From Tubiluchus corallicola (lineage: Eukaryota > Animalia > Priapulida), in the NCBI GenBank assembly GCA_030141605.1, contig JAQGDQ010000593.1, forward strand, positions 1 to 64,000: 64,000 nucleotides of DNA, written 5' to 3'. Positions 11,775 to 23,877 of this stretch are shown here, piece after piece. A program made the translations under genes and the position numbers. The notes beneath the pieces were generated by a model. The model searched no databases. It saw nothing but the letters and a program-made list of their open reading frames with translations, and had not been told where the DNA came from. Numbering within the stretch: position 1 is the stretch's first letter; each line of letters begins with the position of its first letter.

Positions 11775-12072
11775 ATTTTCCTTCCATTGTGTCTTCTGTC
11801 ATTGTTTCTATTGTCATTGTGTTTTTGTCATTGTCTCTTACAAGATGAAAATGAAACCTGTAAGAAGGGTATGATGTAACGATGGAAGCTGCACTTTTTT
11901 TCTGAAACTGGCACAAGTGTCTTAAACAATGCCATTGTTCAGCAACTAAATCATCACGAAAGTGTGAACTCATACTGATAGCTGAGTGTAGATAAAAGTA
12001 CATTTATATTCTATCTAGAATACTCCATTGATGTCGTAACTTTTTACTCTCGAGAACAACATGTCTGCTTAC

Positions 12073-12205
12073 CTTCATCTGCATGCTTTGACTTGTGATC
12101 GTGGTCCAAGCCGTCTTCGGACCACGAGGCATCACTGGTGGTCAAGAACGTCTGCGCACGAGAGCGGACCTCGCTGGTCAGAATAAACAACTCGGGCAGC
12201 ATGTT
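12073..12205 (-). CDS. SPATA1: SPATA1-like exon 5: NMLPELFILTSEVRSRAQTFLTTSDASWSEDGLDHDHKSKHADE
   Basis: Acceptor tgtgtttatgcag, donor GAAG|gtaagc, phase 0 to 1. LPELFIL matches SPATA1 QPELYLL. Confidence 0.88.
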
Positions 12206-12384
12206 CTGCATAAACACAAACAACGAGAACAATTAGTAGAGTATTGCAGCCCACGGTGAACTGCAGAGGTCTAGCAGGGTGGGGGTGACAGGGGGAAATC
12301 ATCGCCGGACCGGAGGGTGAGAGGGTTCTAGAGTTCAGTGACAAACATCCACTGACATCTAACACTATTGATACCTATAATCTC

Positions 12385-12917
12385 TGGCTGTGGCATCCTT
12401 CTGTCTCGGAAGACAGTGGAATGTGCGCCAAGAGAATCAGTTATTGATCACATTGATGGAGCTGCAGCGGCGACTGTGGCTGAGCAGTGCGATCCTTGAA
12501 CGTCTTCAGGGCGCACGCCTGTGCAAGGTGTATGGAGATCCTGAGTTGCCCAGACAACAGGAACCCCCTCTCTTCCTCCCTGGTGTAGTCCAAAGGAAAG
12601 CGGAGCGGTACGTTTGGCACCAGGTTGGCTGCAGGAGCTGCCAGAGTCAGTGAGCATGCTGCACTGCTCCGCCTTCAGGGCTCCACTCCTGATTTGGAAG
12701 GTTTACTCCTCCACACATGGCCTTTGGGTCACTTGACTTCCTCCGTCCTCTAGCCATTGGCTGCTTGTACAGCTCCTCCGCCTAGTGACGAGATACAGTG
12801 TGGGCATCCCACAAGTCTACAGCACCTGGTATTCCTAGGCGGTCACCCATCCAAGTACTAACCAGGCTATACGTTGCTTAACTTCGGTGATCAGACGGTG
12901 TTTTCAACGTGATTTGA
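12385..12917 (-). mobile_element. 5S rRNA-headed SINE (SINE3-type) with RTE-like body and tail, full copy
   Basis: ~12826-12916 is the reverse complement of 5S rRNA (..GATCACCGAAGTTAAGCAACG..GGTTAGTACTTGGATGGGTGACCGCCTAGGAATACCAGG). 12-bp TSD acctataatctc at 12373-12384 and 12918-12929. A sister copy lies at 60617. Confidence 0.9.
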
Positions 12918-13576
12918 ACCTATAATCTCCATAGGTTCAATATCTATAGGAACTCACATTAATGTTATAATTAAAGCCAACTACTTTACAGACAGAATGC
13001 TTAACACAGCTCATCTTTCTTTATAGCCAATTTACTCTTTAAAATAGTTTTTAAAGTTTAAACTAATAATATAAAAAGTGTTTTTAAACTTTTGCTTAGT
13101 TAGCAAACAGTGTGCTACGAATGTCCGATTATCTTTTCAAACTTTACGCAATGTTATCTAAACTTGTTTCCAACGATTTACAAAATGGCTGTGCCTAACA
13201 GTTATTGCGGAGCTTAAATTTACAAGATTTATACAGCATCACTATTAACTGAAGCCCTGCATGCAGTGAGACAGCATATAAAATTTCAAGGAAAATTTTT
13301 GTGCTTTATCTTTGAAGAGCGTTTTCTTTTCCTTTAAAAATAACACATCAAATTGGCGAGTCTTATACACAATCTTCTCTCGTCAACATAAGTAACTAAA
13401 GATAGTATAGCAGATGTCCACAAACAGTCACTCATCATTTTAGTAAACAGGCACAGTGTTGCGTAACTTCAAATGCAAAGCGCACACAGTCATCACTGAG
13501 ATATTCTCCTCGTTTGCAATAAAATAAGAACACGCGACCAACGATCTTGAGTAAGAACTTCCGTAGGAACACTCAC

Positions 13577-13630
13577 CAGTGGTGGACAGAAATGCTTCAC
13601 TTTGAGTTGCTGCTCTTGTTTCGCTCGAAC
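13577..13630 (-). CDS. SPATA1: SPATA1-like exon 4: VRAKQEQQLKVKHFCPPL
   Basis: Acceptor ttttcatttctag, donor CTG|gtgagt, phase 0 to 0. Matches SPATA1 VKxKQExELKLKSFAPP. Confidence 0.92.
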
Positions 13631-13721
13631 CTAGAAATGAAAATAAAGGTGAATTTGCTGCCATAAACATCTGTCTGCAAATGGGAGCACTCTCTGTAGT
13701 ATAATTTTCTTCAATAAAAGA

Positions 13722-14018
13722 TTCATCATCATCAACAACAACAACATCATCATCGTCACCATCATCATCATCATCATCAACAACGACAACAACAACAACA
13801 ACATCATCATCATCACCATCTTCATCATCATCATCATCATCATCAACAACAACAACAACAACATCATCGTCATCACCATCGTCAGCATCATCATCATCAT
13901 CATCATCATCATCAACAACAACATCATCATCATCATCACCATCATCATCGACAACAACAACAACATCATCATCATCACCATCATCAACATCATCATCATT
14001 ATCATCATCATCACCATC

Positions 14019-14052
<34 letters not shown>

Positions 14053-14095
14053 ACAACAACATCAACAACATCATCGTCATCATCATCATCATCAT

Positions 14096-14127
<32 letters not shown>

Positions 14128-14183
14128 CCATCATCAACAACATCATCGTCATCATAATCATCAACAACATCATCATCATCATC
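13722..14183. repeat. Compound (CAT/CAA/CAC)n trinucleotide microsatellite
   Basis: Seen directly. Source of the poly-D and poly-M ORFs. Confidence 0.97.
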
Positions 14184-14719
14184 AGTTACTGTTATATGGC
14201 AGCAAGCCAAACAATAGCAGCTAGTGGTGTGAAAAATATTCCAATTAACGATGGAAAAATGAATGAAGAGGGCAGAAATGAATGAGAAAGTGGACGAATG
14301 AATGAGTGAATGCAAAACATTGTTAGTAAACGAAAAAATTAAAAAACCACATAAGATTTTCTCTCATCTTCTTTCTGAAATTAAATTTTTAGAGTATCCA
14401 CTGTATTTGTTCATCATAAAAATCACTGTAGAATTCCACCCTGTACCAGTCTGACTTTGTGAATGAATTCATTAATCAATAACAGGGTTTGTTTTATAAC
14501 AGTCAACAGTGCGTTCCTATGTACAAATGCAGCCTCTTGTTTACAATCATTAATTAGTCAAGAATAAAATCAATGGGACTTCCGTCAGCACAGATACCAG
14601 ATAGACTTCAGCTTAATGCATTTTGCAAATTTGTAAAGCAAGTGTGTCGTCATCCCAGGAATGATGTGCACAAGTGAAGAATAAATACTGCAGAAATCCA
14701 TTCAGTAATTCATTTACCT

Positions 14720-15061
14720 AGTTATATTCATTCATTTGTTATTCACTCGTACATTCAAACATTGATTGACATATTTATTCATTTCGTCTTACAATAATTT
14801 GTCTTTTTAAAGGCACCATATAATATTTTCATACCTTTTTACGTCAACAGATGGCGCTACGTATTTTGTACAGCACAGTTACCCGAAAAAGTTTACATGT
14901 GACTTTTCGGCAACCCTGTTATATTCATTCATTTGTTATTCACTCCTACATTTAAACATTGATTGATATATTCATTCATTTCGTCTTAGAATAATTTGTC
15001 TTTTTAAAGGTGCCAAATGATGATATTTTCCGACTTTTTACGTCAACAGATGGCGCTACGT
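14720..15061. repeat. ~140-bp direct duplication (14720-14862 / 14918-15061)
   Basis: Both copies run gttatattcattcatttg...cgtcaacagatggcgctacgt. Confidence 0.85.
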
Positions 15062-15100
15062 GTTTACATGTGCCTTTTCAACAATTTAACTTATCAGTAT

Positions 15101-15169
15101 TACACTTAACCTTTGACCTTTTCATGATCATCATCATCATCAGTCGCTGGTACTGTGAAAATGCTTATT
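15101..15169. mobile_element. MITE family A right-end remnant
   Basis: tacacttaacctttgacc...ctgtgaaaatgcttatt matches the right end of the 2830 and 11246 copies. Confidence 0.75.
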
Positions 15170-15598
15170 CGACAAATGGTCAAGCTATTATATATTTCAT
15201 TTCGGGTAATATCGAACAGAGGAAAATGTAGTCTCTGACTCAGCAACCTATCACGCAACAAAAAACCTGCCACTCGTTAACTGTTTACGTTCATAAGTTG
15301 CGCCTAACGACGTCAATAACCTATATATATTTCTGCATTCAATGATTTGTGCTGAAGGCTATTTGCACGTAATCAATGGCCAAGAATCAATATGAGAAAA
15401 TGCGAGGTAAAATGGCAGCAATTCCGCAATAAATCGTGAATGGAACGATGCACTTAATGCCCACCACCACTTACAATGTAAATTATCGATCACCACCACG
15501 CTACCTGTACCTCTCTCGAGAAAAACATTTCTTTGAAGTATCCCGCATCTAAAGACGCCCACCGGTTGCGCACATGTGCGATTGGTTCCTTAACGTAC

Positions 15599-15716
15599 CT
15601 GAGCTAGACATCTTCCGACGCTCTTCAGAAAAAAGTAGTCCCGCGGAATGATCTCATATCCGAGCTGCTTCTCTATCTCCTCCCGGACGTAGTAGATGGT
15701 CGTTTCAGGGAGAACT
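15599..15716 (-). CDS. SPATA1: SPATA1-like exon 3: VLPETTIYYVREEIEKQLGYEIIPRDYFFLKSVGRCLAQ
   Basis: Acceptor ttctttccttcag, donor CAG|gtacgt, phase 2 to 0. Matches SPATA1 ...LG....KFLFLKCIGNNLA. Confidence 0.92.
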
Positions 15717-15860
15717 CTGAAGGAAAGAATGAAAACAAGTCAGAAATAGTAAATGGTCATTTCTAAGATGCTGAGCAACTTACCTAAATAAACATATTAC
15801 ACAGCAATAGATCTATGTGTAAAATATTTGTCTATCACAACTCACATATTATTATTGTTA

Positions 15861-16605
15861 CAGTCAACCTCGGGTATAAAGTACTCGCTTATAAAGGACA
15901 CTCGCTTATAAAGGACACTCGCTTATAAAGGACACTTGCTTATAATGGACACTCACTTATAAAGGACACTCACTTATAAAGGACACTCACTTATAAAGGA
16001 CACTTGCTTATAATGGACACTCACTTATAAAGGACACTCGCTTATAAAGGACACTCACTTATAAAGGACACTTGCTTATAAAGGACACTCGCTTATAAAG
16101 GACACTCACTTATAAAGGACACTTGCTTATAAAGGACACTTGCTTATAAAGGACACTCACTTATAAAGGACACTTGCTTATAATGGACCACAAACACTGG
16201 TCTTGATTTTTCGTAACGTTTTTCCTATGTAAAAATCTTCGTATACAAGGTACTCGGATATAAGGGACGATATCTTTGGGTCCCGCGTAATAGAAACCCA
16301 GGTAAATTACCTCCCATATAAGGGACCCTATGATCAAAGTGAAATTGATGGTTTTTTAACTTCAATTTTTCGCAAACTCGGGCTTCAAACAGCTCGGTTT
16401 CCGCTGTCACATACATCTCGCATCACTGAAGGAGCTTCCTACATACCGTTTCCACTGAATGTGTAGCAACAATCCATAAAAATATGGGTAAAAGTACAAT
16501 TCTAGATACATCCTCGGTCAGACTCAACTTCGGTTACAAGAGACAGCGGATATAAGGGACGGTTTTTTCCAGTCCAGAGGAGTCCTTTATATCCGAGGTT
16601 GACTG
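15861..16605. mobile_element. pogo-like MITE containing a 17-bp tandem array (CTTATAAAGGACACTCR)n at ~15875-16188
   Basis: TA|CAGTCAACCTCGGGTATAAAG ... CTTTATATCCGAGGTTGACTG|TA. Confidence 0.9.
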
Positions 16606-16904
16606 TACACTATATATGCCAGTGCCTACGGATCAATTTATCGAAACAGATGGTTATTTAAGAAAAATTTGCTTAAAAAGGCAGAAGTATGAGCTAAAAG
16701 TGAAATAAAATTAATAAATTAAGTTGTGGTCGGGTCGCAAAGTCGAACTGTCGTAAGTTGCATAGGTCGTAAATTGTCGACTAACTAGTCTTCCTACCAG
16801 ATTTCAATGCAATCATTTCTTACTATACCAGTGAGCATTCACTATGGTCAGCGTCATCAGCTGGTCACTGTGGTCAATTATAATGACCAACTAACTGAAC
16901 CCAC

Positions 16905-17011
16905 CTGACAAATCCAGCAGATATGGAGTTGTCGATGACTTGGTTGTAGGCACAGTTGACTTTATCGTTCCAGAGATCAGCAGGCAGCACAAACACGTGT
17001 AGATCAACCAG
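16905..17011 (-). CDS. SPATA1: SPATA1-like exon 2: LVDLHVFVLPADLWNDKVNCAYNQVIDNSISAGFVR
   Basis: Acceptor ttttatttccag, donor CAG|gtgggt, phase 0 to 2. Matches SPATA1 LVELHVFYVP..W..KLN.....V...ISAGFLR. Confidence 0.93.
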
Positions 17012-17126
17012 CTGGAAATAAAATAAAAAATAAATAATGAAACAAGAGAAAATAAAACACCAAAAATTGCAGAACACCGAGACACCCATCTCTTCACTAC
17101 CAGACTCACCACTGCCCCATTTAATA

Positions 17127-17560
17127 AATAAGCCTTTTCACAGTTTCGTTGTGTGCCGCAGGTCAAAAGTTAAATACACCACAGCAACACGTCTTTACTA
17201 CAACTGCCATGTGACATGTGTAAAACAAAGCGGTCTGCCACATCAGTTCAGTAACTTCAGTTGTTTTACATGGAGTTTATTTAGATATGCATTAGTCTGT
17301 GCATAAAATAAAGCGGTCTGCCGCATCAGTTCAGTAACTTCAGTTGTTTTACGTGGAGTTTATTTAGATATGCATTAGTCCGTGCATAAAATAAAGCGGT
17401 CTGCCGCATCAGTTCAGTAACTTCAGTTGTTTTACAGGGACTTTATTTAGATATGCATTAGTCTGTGCATAAAATGATTTACTAGCAGGATCTTGCTTGG
17501 GAACAAGAAAAAATGAACTAGGTAAGATTCTAGCCAGTTGTTAAAACTGTTACTATTACA
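17127..17560. mobile_element. MITE family A, right-truncated copy with ~82-bp internal triplication
   Basis: Left TIR aataagccttttcacag. The block aaagcggtctgcc...gtgcataaaat occurs three times. Confidence 0.85.
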
Positions 17561-17979
17561 TTCTGAACTAGAACACCTTTTTAAAATGTCATTAAAGATA
17601 AGAAAGCATGAAACAAAACTTGCATAAAACAGTATAAGACCTGCATATAACCTGTTGAAAGATTTACACAATAGAATGGCTGACTCAGTGATATAAGCCA
17701 AGTGTGAGCCGAGTCTTTGTCTGAACCAACCATTTCGCTCTCGCTGTGTTCACAACCAAATCAGTATTGATCTTCACTACATTTGTACTACATTGTTGCC
17801 AATCGATAAATACTTAAATATGAACCTCGTTTGATATAAATCAACATAAACTTTCGCTAACCCATATAGATTTCCTTACATGCCCACACGAACACCATTA
17901 CAAACTCATTAAATGGCAGTTCGGTGTTCTAGAATTAACATTCATTTTCTCTAAGTAACCAAGCTACATTAACTCCATA

Positions 17980-18920
17980 CTTTATCCATGTTACCAGCAC
18001 GAAAAAGCAATTGAACGCCAGCGAAGGGCAACAAATCACCTTCTACGGGGTGGTCTAAAACAACAGCACTGATGAGATTGAGAACAACTCAACCTTTATC
18101 CATGTTACCAGCACGAAAAAGCAATTGAACGCCAGCGAAGGGCAACAAATCACCTTCTACGGGGTGGCCTAAAACAACAGCACTGATGAGATTGAGAACA
18201 ACTCAACCTTTATCCATGTTACCAGCACGAAAAAGCAATTGAACGCCAGCGAAGGGCAACAAATCACCTTCTACAGGGTGGCCTAAAACAACAGCACTGA
18301 TGAGATTGAGAACAACACAACCATTATCCATGTTACCAGCACGAAAAAGCAATTGAACGCCAACGAAGGGCAACAAATCACCTTCTACGGGGTGGCCTAA
18401 AACAACAGCACTGATGAGACTGATTGAACGCCAACGAAGGGCAACAAATCACCTTCTACGGGGTGGTCTAAAACAACAGCACTGATGAGATTGAGAACAA
18501 CTCAACCTTTATCCATGTTACCAGCACGAAAAAGCAATTGAACGCCAGCGAAGGGCAACAAATCACCTTCTACGGGGTGGCCTAAAACAACAGCACTGAT
18601 GAGATTGAGAACAACTCAACCTTTATCCATGTTACCAGCACGAAAAAGCAATTGAACGCCAGCGAAGGGCAACAAATCACCTTCTACAGGGTGGCCTAAA
18701 ACAACAGCACTGATGAGATTGAGAACAACACAACCATTATCCATGTTACCAGCACGAAAAAGCAATTGAACGCCAACGAAGGGCAACAAATCACCTTCTA
18801 CGGGGTGGCCTAAAACAACAGCACTGATGAGACTGATTGAACGCCAACGAAGGGCAACAAATCACCTTCTACAAGGTGGCCTAAAACAACTGCACTGATG
18901 AAATTAAGAACAACTCAACC
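17980..18920. repeat. 114-bp satellite with a 414-bp higher-order repeat
   Basis: Units at 17980, 18094 and 18208. The order of variants, including one deleted unit, recurs at a 414-bp offset. Confidence 0.93.
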
Positions 18921-19649
18921 TGGTTTCAAATCAACCCGGGATTCAACAACTCGTGTACAGGGTGGAACAAAATTAAACCTAAGACAATCAGTCATTACCT
19001 AGGTTTATTTCAATACTTGCGAAAACATTTTTGTAATAAACCTGCAATAAGCGCATTGTGTAATTACTAATTAGTAAAATTTACTTTAGTCGATATCATT
19101 TCACACCTTGAGGCTCCCATTTTGAACGCTCATTTTTCCACCAGTGATGTCATACAACACTCATTATTCCACCAGTGATGTCATACATCAGTTGAAGAAC
19201 AGCGTTGTCAATTTCCATCAAAAGTATAAGTTATAACAAAAAATTAGATAACTAATTTTGAGATATTTATGGTTGAACATTAGGTAAGCTGCAGAAGTTT
19301 GAATTAGTTTAGGCCACAACGCGCTTACGGAAAGCCACGAAGTCTCCCAGTTACGTCATAATTTGCAAGCGAATGGCAAAAACCAAAATTTCTTTACAAT
19401 GACAGGACTCCGGTAGTAAAAACTAATACTTTATAGACAAATTTTTTGCAAATTTCTTTGTTATATTTTTTTAAGTATTAGTAATTACAATAAAGTAAAC
19501 CGGATATGGTAAGTAATTTGTCCTTTCCTTTGAAGAAAGCCATAAATATTATTACAAAAGCATAAATATTACTAGATTCAAAAAAATGCTAAAAAATGCT
19601 AAAAAATCTAATTTTAAGTAAGTATCAGCAAGTAATCAAAATTTCTATC

Positions 19650-20063
19650 AGTATCCATCCTCGCAGTAGTTGCAAAACAGTGGTGTTAGCTTAATCAAGT
19701 TATCTTAATTTTACATACTATTAACAAATAATAGTCTTTCTATCTTTTATATCATCTCATATATGAGCTTCATTCATTACATCATTCCATTTTAAGCACT
19801 AATGTTTTTTTATCACACGATTCACTTTAAATTTTCAGATTATCTCCATTAATTTTTTCCTATCACAGTGTGGGACAATCTAGCAAGCCCTGCTTTTTGA
19901 TTGCCCTCAACACATTTACCTTCGTATATAGGTGAACAGTGTTTGAGGCTTTTCCTGTTCAGTATTTCTTATTTGTATTATATTCATTGTAGGCCCTTTC
20001 ACTAGATATTGTACATGAAACTATTGTAAATTTGTAATGTGAAATAAATGACTTATGACTTAT
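19650..20063 (+). mobile_element. Probable L2/CR1-group LINE 3' UTR remnant
   Basis: gggacaatctagcaagccctgctttttgattgccct stem-loop, then AATAAA and a (GACTTAT)2 tail. Boundaries are approximate. Confidence 0.4.
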
Positions 20064-20387
20064 ATTATTACACTATCAAAAATTGACATTATTATAAGGT
20101 ACGTACGTTTTAAAACAAGTGACATTTTTCAAAACTTATTATGACATTTTACACGTATCTCTTCGCAGCTCTTCCAATCATGGTGAACATTACTATAATA
20201 TAAAAACTTGATTTCTATGAGTGAATTTCATTGGCTGGATGACACAACCATTTACTGGAACCTTTGATATTCAATTTGACAAATATGCACTCCTGGTGGC
20301 AATTATGCTTTTTAATTAAGCAGCATGCAATTTGACATCAAAGCACACGGCTCATTTTATTGATGGGCTTAAGCAAACAGCAATTAT

Positions 20388-20708
20388 CACTAATGGTTAA
20401 TTCAGTCCAACTTGAAGCCACTCTAATGGTTACACATTCAGTCCAACTTGAAGCCACTCTAATGGTTACACATTCAGTCCAACTTGAAGCCACTCTAATG
20501 GTTACACATTCAGTCTAAGTTGAAGCCACTCTAATGGTTACACATTCAGTCTAAGTTGAAGCCACTCTAATGGTTACACATTCAGTCTAAGTTGAAGCCA
20601 CTCTAATGGTTACACATTCAGTCTAAGTTGAAGCCACTCTAATGGTTACACATTCAGTCTAAGTTGAAGCCACTCTAATGGTTACACATTCAGTCGAACT
20701 TGAAGCCA
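20388..20708. repeat. 36-bp minisatellite (GCCACTCTAATGGTTACACATTCAGTCTAAGTTGAA)n
   Basis: About 9 tandem units. Confidence 0.96.
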
Positions 20709-20814
20709 TTCACACAAACTTTGCATGATAAATGAAAATCAACATGCATTTGCTTTCTTTTGCTTAACCTTGCAACCTAAATTGCTAGGTGATTGGAAAC
20801 TACTTTAACAACTA

Positions 20815-21182
20815 TCTCTTTATCATTTCTCTTCTCTTCTGCTGTTTTTGCCTCTCCTCTCTTCTCCCTCCTCTCTCTTCTCTCTCTCCTTTCTCTTCTC
20901 CTCTGCTGTCCTCGAACCTCCCCTTTCTTCTCTTCTGCTGTCCTCGCCTCGCCTTTCCTCTCATACTCTTCTCTTCTCCTCTCTCTTCTTCTCTATCCTC
21001 TCTCTCTCTCTTTGTCCTCTCTCTTCTCCTCTTCTGTCCTCGCCTCTCCCCTTTCTTCTCTTCTGCTGTCCTCGCCTCGCCTCGCCTCTCCTCTCATACT
21101 CTTCTCTTCTCCTCTCCCTTCATGTCTATCCTCTCTCTCTCTCTCTCTCTTTGTCCTCTCTCTTTTCCTCTGCTGTCCTCGA
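20815..21182. repeat. CT-rich polypyrimidine low-complexity tract with internal repeats
   Basis: Seen directly. Source of three overlapping S/L-rich ORFs. Confidence 0.92.
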
Positions 21183-21680
21183 AGAAATTTCTCGAAGAAA
21201 TGTTCAAGAACAATCCAGACGCTAAGGAGACGCTAACGCGGTCATCGGCGGCGGAACATTCTACAGTGTTCTATGCAATTCTGTTTCACGCCAGCGATCT
21301 CCACAACATTTTGGTAACATTGTCATAAATTGTACTGACTACATGTTTTGGCTTGATTTATAGCAATCAAAATGAGAGTTGCTGTCAAAACAATCGTCCG
21401 CACAAATAAACAACACGTTGACTCCTACACATTGGCTCTTTCATGCATTTTCTGTCTCAAATAAATTAATAATAGTAACACTTTAATAATAATTAATTTA
21501 AATCAGTGAACATTAGCATCACCCAAGTCATGCCATTTGCTTGGAAATGGAATACAATATTAAGCAGTTAGTATTTTGGAAAATCAGAGATCTACTTCTT
21601 GGAAAAACAGCGCACAGTATAATACCTGTGCACTGGTCCTATAAGAACTGCATTTTGTGTCCATCAATTATTGAACCCTG

Positions 21681-21853
21681 AAGTGGCGTTTATATAGCAT
21701 CCGGATTCGGGGTAGATAAAATCGGTTTATATTGTTGCTAATGCACCCGTTTGTGCTATTCTTTTTGGCAGCTATTTCCTATCACTTTTTTTCTACAGGC
21801 TGTTCCGCAGCAGGAAAACACATCCGCATCCAGATGCTACGTAAGCGCAACTT
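21681..21853. mobile_element. Small MITE with ~30-bp degenerate TIRs
   Basis: aagtggcgtttatatagcatccggattcgg versus ccgcatccagatgctacgtaagcgcaactt. Confidence 0.6.
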
Positions 21854-22180
21854 TAATCCGCACAGTGACAGAACACCATAAAGACGAGCATCATTGAAAA
21901 TGAGCTACAAACTGATTCAGTCAAAACTGCAGTTTGATCCCACCTTACAGCATACACAAGTGTAAAAACATTAAAACTGTGTGGTTTGATAATTATTATT
22001 TTTTATTCAACTTATTGAAGATCATCCGTTGGGCTAACGTAGCCATTTCGTAATGACCGGAGTTTAAACTAGCTCCTTTGTAGTCTTACCAATTACCAGT
22101 GCAATAGGCAATACTAGCCATTAACTAATAACCATCGATATTATTAACACTAACAGTTCAATTTAGATTTTTTTCCTTAC

Positions 22181-22243
22181 CTGTTCGGATCGTGGTCTAT
22201 CAGGGTAATTTTCCGGGTACCGAACAATAGCGTTCTTATACAT
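22181..22243 (-). CDS. SPATA1: SPATA1-like first coding exon: MYKNAIVRYPENYPDRPRSEQ
   Basis: ATG in aagATG context, donor CAG|gtaagg, phase 0. RPRSEQ|LVDLHV matches SPATA1 RPSSSE|LVELHV. Confidence 0.85.
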
Positions 22244-22361
22244 CTTGCGATATGAAATCTGTCAACTGACTTGAAATAAATAACAGCAATTGCGGAGGCA
22301 CATTTTTATAACCGAAACCTTTACAAAACACTTTTATTGTTAAGTGCAGGTGGATAAACTC

Positions 22362-22375
22362 ACGCATAGCAACGG
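22362..22375 (-). promoter_or_regulatory. RFX X-box half-site (GTTGCTATG) upstream of the SPATA1-like ATG
   Basis: catagcaac at 22365-22373, ~120 bp upstream of the ATG. X-boxes are typical of cilia and sperm gene promoters. Confidence 0.45.
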
Positions 22376-23741
22376 CTTCTCAATTGCTCAATGCTCGGCG
22401 AGTATTTAGGTGGCGGCATCGTGTAGTTAAAAATTGAGTAACAATTTACACTTGTTTGTAGAACAGAGGGCGCCTCCGTGCAAGAAGACAGGCAACGTTG
22501 TGGCCTGTAGATTTGTGTTTTTGATGTGACTGGTGGTCTTTAACAGTAAATTAGCAGTGTTTTAAATCTATTTCAATCATTTGAAATGGGTAAGGAACTG
22601 TTCTTAGATTTCTACTCATGCCGTAGACTGTTTTAAACGAGAATATACACATGAAAAATTTGGAATTGAATGTACGAATAAAATTTTTCATGGTTAACCT
22701 GTCTTTGCTTTTAGTAACTTTTAGTATCGTGATAATTAATTATCAGGTACACACCTGTGGTAGAAGATTTCATAACTGTACCTTTATCAGCTCCTTTTAT
22801 GTGCAAGTGACGAATATGTGGGCTCACTAAATCCAAAACGTTGTAACTGGTTAGAATGCAGTAGTAAAATACAACTGAACAAATATTGTTGATGATATCT
22901 AATGTCAATTTTCAAGAGGTAGGGTGTGCGGCAGCGTTTGCAGGTAGAGTAGACTATTGTTATCTCTTAGACTTTCATTATACTAGTGGGTGACAGAACA
23001 GTAAAGGCAGTAGCTATTTTAATGTAACTATTTCGTGCCAGTCTTCAGTTGAAAGTTTTGGCAGACTTAGATTTGGTTTCTGAAATTTATAGCAACATAA
23101 AAAACGATGAAGTATTAAGCGATATGATTTATAGACGACAAAAAACAACACTGCTTTGTTATAATTAAAAACTACTTTGTCATAACTAAGATGGCCTAAA
23201 ACAGTTCCAGTTTGTTCTTGAACACACAGAATCATCAACTCTAAATTAGTTAATAATAGCTCATTGAATTTACTAACTGTACTAAATATGCTACACTTGT
23301 TTGAAACAATACTGTGGAACAATCCCTGAAACAATACTGTGAAACAATCTTGAACTATCAAGATCCTGGACACTCACCAAGGGCATATCTGTGGCTGCAG
23401 ACATATAGACAGTGCAGCGTGGCCATTTCGGTATGGCAGATTTTACTACAACACACAAAAGTCGTAACGTCCCAGTTATCCTGCTTATTTTTTAGATTTT
23501 TGCATCCAGTTCTCATCTTTGAAACAAAAGAATTAGGTCCAATATTCGGTGTGATCCAAATCTGTAGAATTTTAGAAAAAAATCAATTACTCAACTTTTT
23601 TAGATATGCGGTAATGTTTTGCAGTAGAAAATCTGTTCATAGTACATTGAGTAGTTCATAGTAAAAAATTGAGTACTAAATTAAATGTAACGAGACCGTC
23701 GTATTGGTTTGACACATGTAACTATAATTATTATTACGGAA

Positions 23742-23877
23742 GGAGTTTACAGTTCCCCGCATAATATAAGGACCCTTCCCTAGCCCTAGCCCCAACCATA
23801 TCCTTAGTCCAACTCCTAACCCTAATCCTAACCTGCTTCATGAACTAATTTCTTGTGTGTGGGGTATTGTAAACTCT
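23742..23877. mobile_element. Small TIR element with internal telomere-like (CCCTAA/CCCTAG) hexamers
   Basis: gagtttacagttccccgca ... tgtggggtattgtaaactc inverted ends around ccctagccctagccccaa...cctaaccctaatcctaacc. Confidence 0.55.

Noticed and set aside
13440-14315. 291-aa poly-Asp ORF and 183-aa poly-Met ORF
   Set aside because: Trinucleotide microsatellite. The real 54-nt exon inside it uses a different frame.
18069-18125. Hammerhead ribozyme or retrozyme array (CTGATGAG...CGAAA in the 114-bp unit)
   Set aside because: GAAA does not follow the stem-II hairpin, and stems I and III with a UH cleavage site cannot be formed by eye.
20789-21328. Three overlapping Ser/Leu-rich ORFs
   Set aside because: Artefacts of a CT-rich low-complexity tract lacking stop codons.
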